From Camelus ferus (taxonomy: Eukaryota), in assembly GCF_009834535.1 (NCBI RefSeq), contig NC_045712.1, positions 25,916,001 through 25,980,000 on the forward strand: a stretch of DNA of 64,000 nucleotides. The letters run 5' to 3'. Positions 61,894 to 64,000 of the stretch are shown here, one piece after another (positions within the stretch are counted from its first letter, which is position 1; each line of letters opens with the position of its first letter). Below the pieces are notes generated by a model. That model ran no database searches and was not told the origin of the DNA. It worked only from the letters and a program-made list of their open reading frames with translations. The translations under genes were made by a program, and so were the position numbers.

Positions 61894-64000
61894 TCAGTCA
61901 TACCAGTTGTAAACCTCAAGGCCCTGGCCCCCAAGAGCACAGCGGTGGCCAAACTCAGGACTCACGGGCCAGCAGTCCATGTCGGCCACATCTGGTACGT
62001 GGTACACTGTACTGTTCATGAAGGTGGGTTCACCATGCCCCAGACGCCAGAAGGTCAGCCGTTGATCGATGGAGGCTGAAACCATGAGGTTTGGGCTTAA
62101 GATCTTGAGGCCAGTGACGTGGGCAGCATGTGCACAGGGAACAGTATATTCCTCTAGCACTTGTAGCTGGGGCACCAACTCAGCACCTCCCACAGCCTCT
62201 TCCAGCTCTGGCATCTCCACAGCAAGCACAAAGACATGGAGGGAGCCATCCTCACTGCCACTGGCCACGAGATGACCCTCACGAGTGGGCAAGGTGTGCA
62301 GGCTGTTGACACCACAGCTGTGTGCCTGGAGGGTCAGGCAGGGGGTGCCCAGCCCTGGAAGAAGAAGATGGCAGTCAGGGCTCAGTCTGCCACATGGGTG
62401 AGTGCAGCGGGGACATGGGGGGACAACCACAGCTATATTCTAGCTACTCACGGTAGGGAAGCCCAGGGTCCGTTGGAGACTCCAGGGCAGTGGAGCCGTG
62501 GTCCAGCACAGTGGTGAGATCCCAGAAGGCCAAGCTGCCGTCCGTGGCTGCACTGCACAGAAACAGCCTCCTGGCAGCCAGGGAAGGGCAGGTGGGTCAG
62601 TGAGGAGGGTGGGTGGAAAGCAAAAGGAGCCCCCACCCAACCCATGAAGGACTACCATGCAGCCATTCTCACCGCCGCTGATTGGGTGCCTCATGTGTGA
62701 AGGAGTGGACCTTGAGGACACACCGCTTGTGGTGGAAGGTTTCAGCCAGGAGCTTCAGCCGCCGCCCAGAGTCCTGCAAGAGAAAGAGCCTGGGGGGGCG
62801 GGGGGTGGCCCAGCTCAGAACCCATTCTGGACATCCTTTGGTCTCCTTTGTCTCCCAGCCCCCTTGGTCCTATATTCTCACCTCACTGCCCCATCACTAC
62901 AGGCTGCAGCCACAAGGGGACCAAGGCCAGGCTGATCAAGCTCACATACGGCGAGGGACATGTACCTGGAGGAACAATACACAGCCATCAGGTGACACCT
63001 GGGCGCAGCTGCACAGGGCTTGCCCTGCATGCTCCCACCCCATGCTCCTCTCTGGCAGGGTTCCTCACCTGGTCTCTGGGTCCACTTTGATCATCCGGTG
63101 CCGATTGCGCTGCCGGTCCCAGTACTCATCCAGCCGGTGGGATGAAAGGTGCATGACATGGCAGGCAAGGCGGCTTGGGGTGCTGGGGTCTGGGGTGACC
63201 ATGATGCTGAAGCAGTGCATCTCAGCCCGGCCCCCCGCAGACACCACATGGGCAGTCAGGCCTGGCCGAGGATCCTGAGGGCCACCTGGGGTGCTAGTGC
63301 CCCACACAGCCACTGCACGCACGGAGGAGATATGGTTGCAGACAGCTGTAAGCGCATGGGCTGAGCCAGTGACTGTGGGGAGTGCCAAGACACAGACAGT
63401 AGTGTCCTCGCTGCTCGTGATCACGATGTCGATCAGGCCAGGCCCCTCACAGCTGGGCTCCAGGTGGTCAGGCTGCATGAAGCTGGGCACCCCAAATTCA
63501 GGCCCCAGGGTGATGGTGCCCACACGCTTTACGCAAGTGATCTCACGGCCATGCAGGCTCTCTCGTAGAATCACATGTGGCCGGGTGCACCCACCCAGAG
63601 CCCGGTACAGCATGACATCTCCATCCTTGAGGTAGGCAAAGGCCATAGCTGCCTCGGTATCAGAGAAGGCCCAGGAGCGATGCCCTCCACCACAGTTGAT
63701 GATATGCAGCTTCTCATGTGAGCGGGGGCTCCACACCACAAACTCATTGGCATGGAAACCCAAGATGACCATGCTTCCATCAGCCACCATACGGACCCCA
63801 GCCACCCAGTTCATGCCTCGACAGGACTTCTGCCGTAGGACTGGCTGGAGTTGGCCACCTCGCACAAAGAGCTGGTAGTAGGCACCATCCCGCCCTGTGG
63901 TGTACACGTAGCCACCATAGCAGGTCACTGAAGTTACACCCTGCTTCCCATGCAGAGAAGGGAGGGTGGACACAGGGCCCCATTCAGCCAAGGTGCTCTC
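61894..64000 (-). CDS. WDR6: WD repeat-containing protein 6 (Trm734-like), 3' part; 5' end lies beyond the window
   Basis: Minus-strand exons: >64000-63069, 62965-62882, 62789-62673, 62570-62452, 62354-61894, phases consistent. WD40 repeats (SLHGREITCVKR, CNHISSVRAVAVW, ASIDQRLTFWRL) and C-terminus GGQGLEVYNWYD*. Confidence 0.94.

Overview
Mammalian genomic DNA, not prokaryotic: spliced genes with GT-AG introns, CpG islands and SINE/LINE repeats. The tRNA-derived SINE and young L1 tails resemble camelid repeats, so the species is probably camel/alpaca-like (inference). The gene order matches the block I recall from human 3p21.31, read in reverse. On + are QARS1 (24 coding exons, 775 aa), QRICH1 (9 coding exons, partly N-masked), IMPDH2 (14 exons, 514 aa), MIR191, MIR425 and DALRD3 (12 exons, 541 aa). 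On - are NDUFAF3 (5 exons, 184 aa) and the 3' part of WDR6, which runs off the right edge. All exon chains were assembled by hand from splice sites and checked for phase. Best leads: (1) a 72-nt in-frame cassette exon in IMPDH2 intron 9 that would insert 24 aa five residues after the catalytic Cys, with MBNL/QKI/RBFOX-type motifs and a candidate poison exon nearby; (2) a 60-nt QRICH1 5'-UTR exon whose upstream ATGs are all out of frame, one uORF ending on an ATGA overlap with the main start; (3) a +1 frameshift in QRICH1 coding exon 3, probably an assembly error; (4) frame-preserving N runs confined to QRICH1 mRNA sequence and L1 repeats; (5) a GC-AG intron in DALRD3; (6) overlapping 3' ends of DALRD3 and WDR6. 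No CRISPR, rRNA or tRNA genes were seen. Comparisons to human or mouse come from memory, not database searches.
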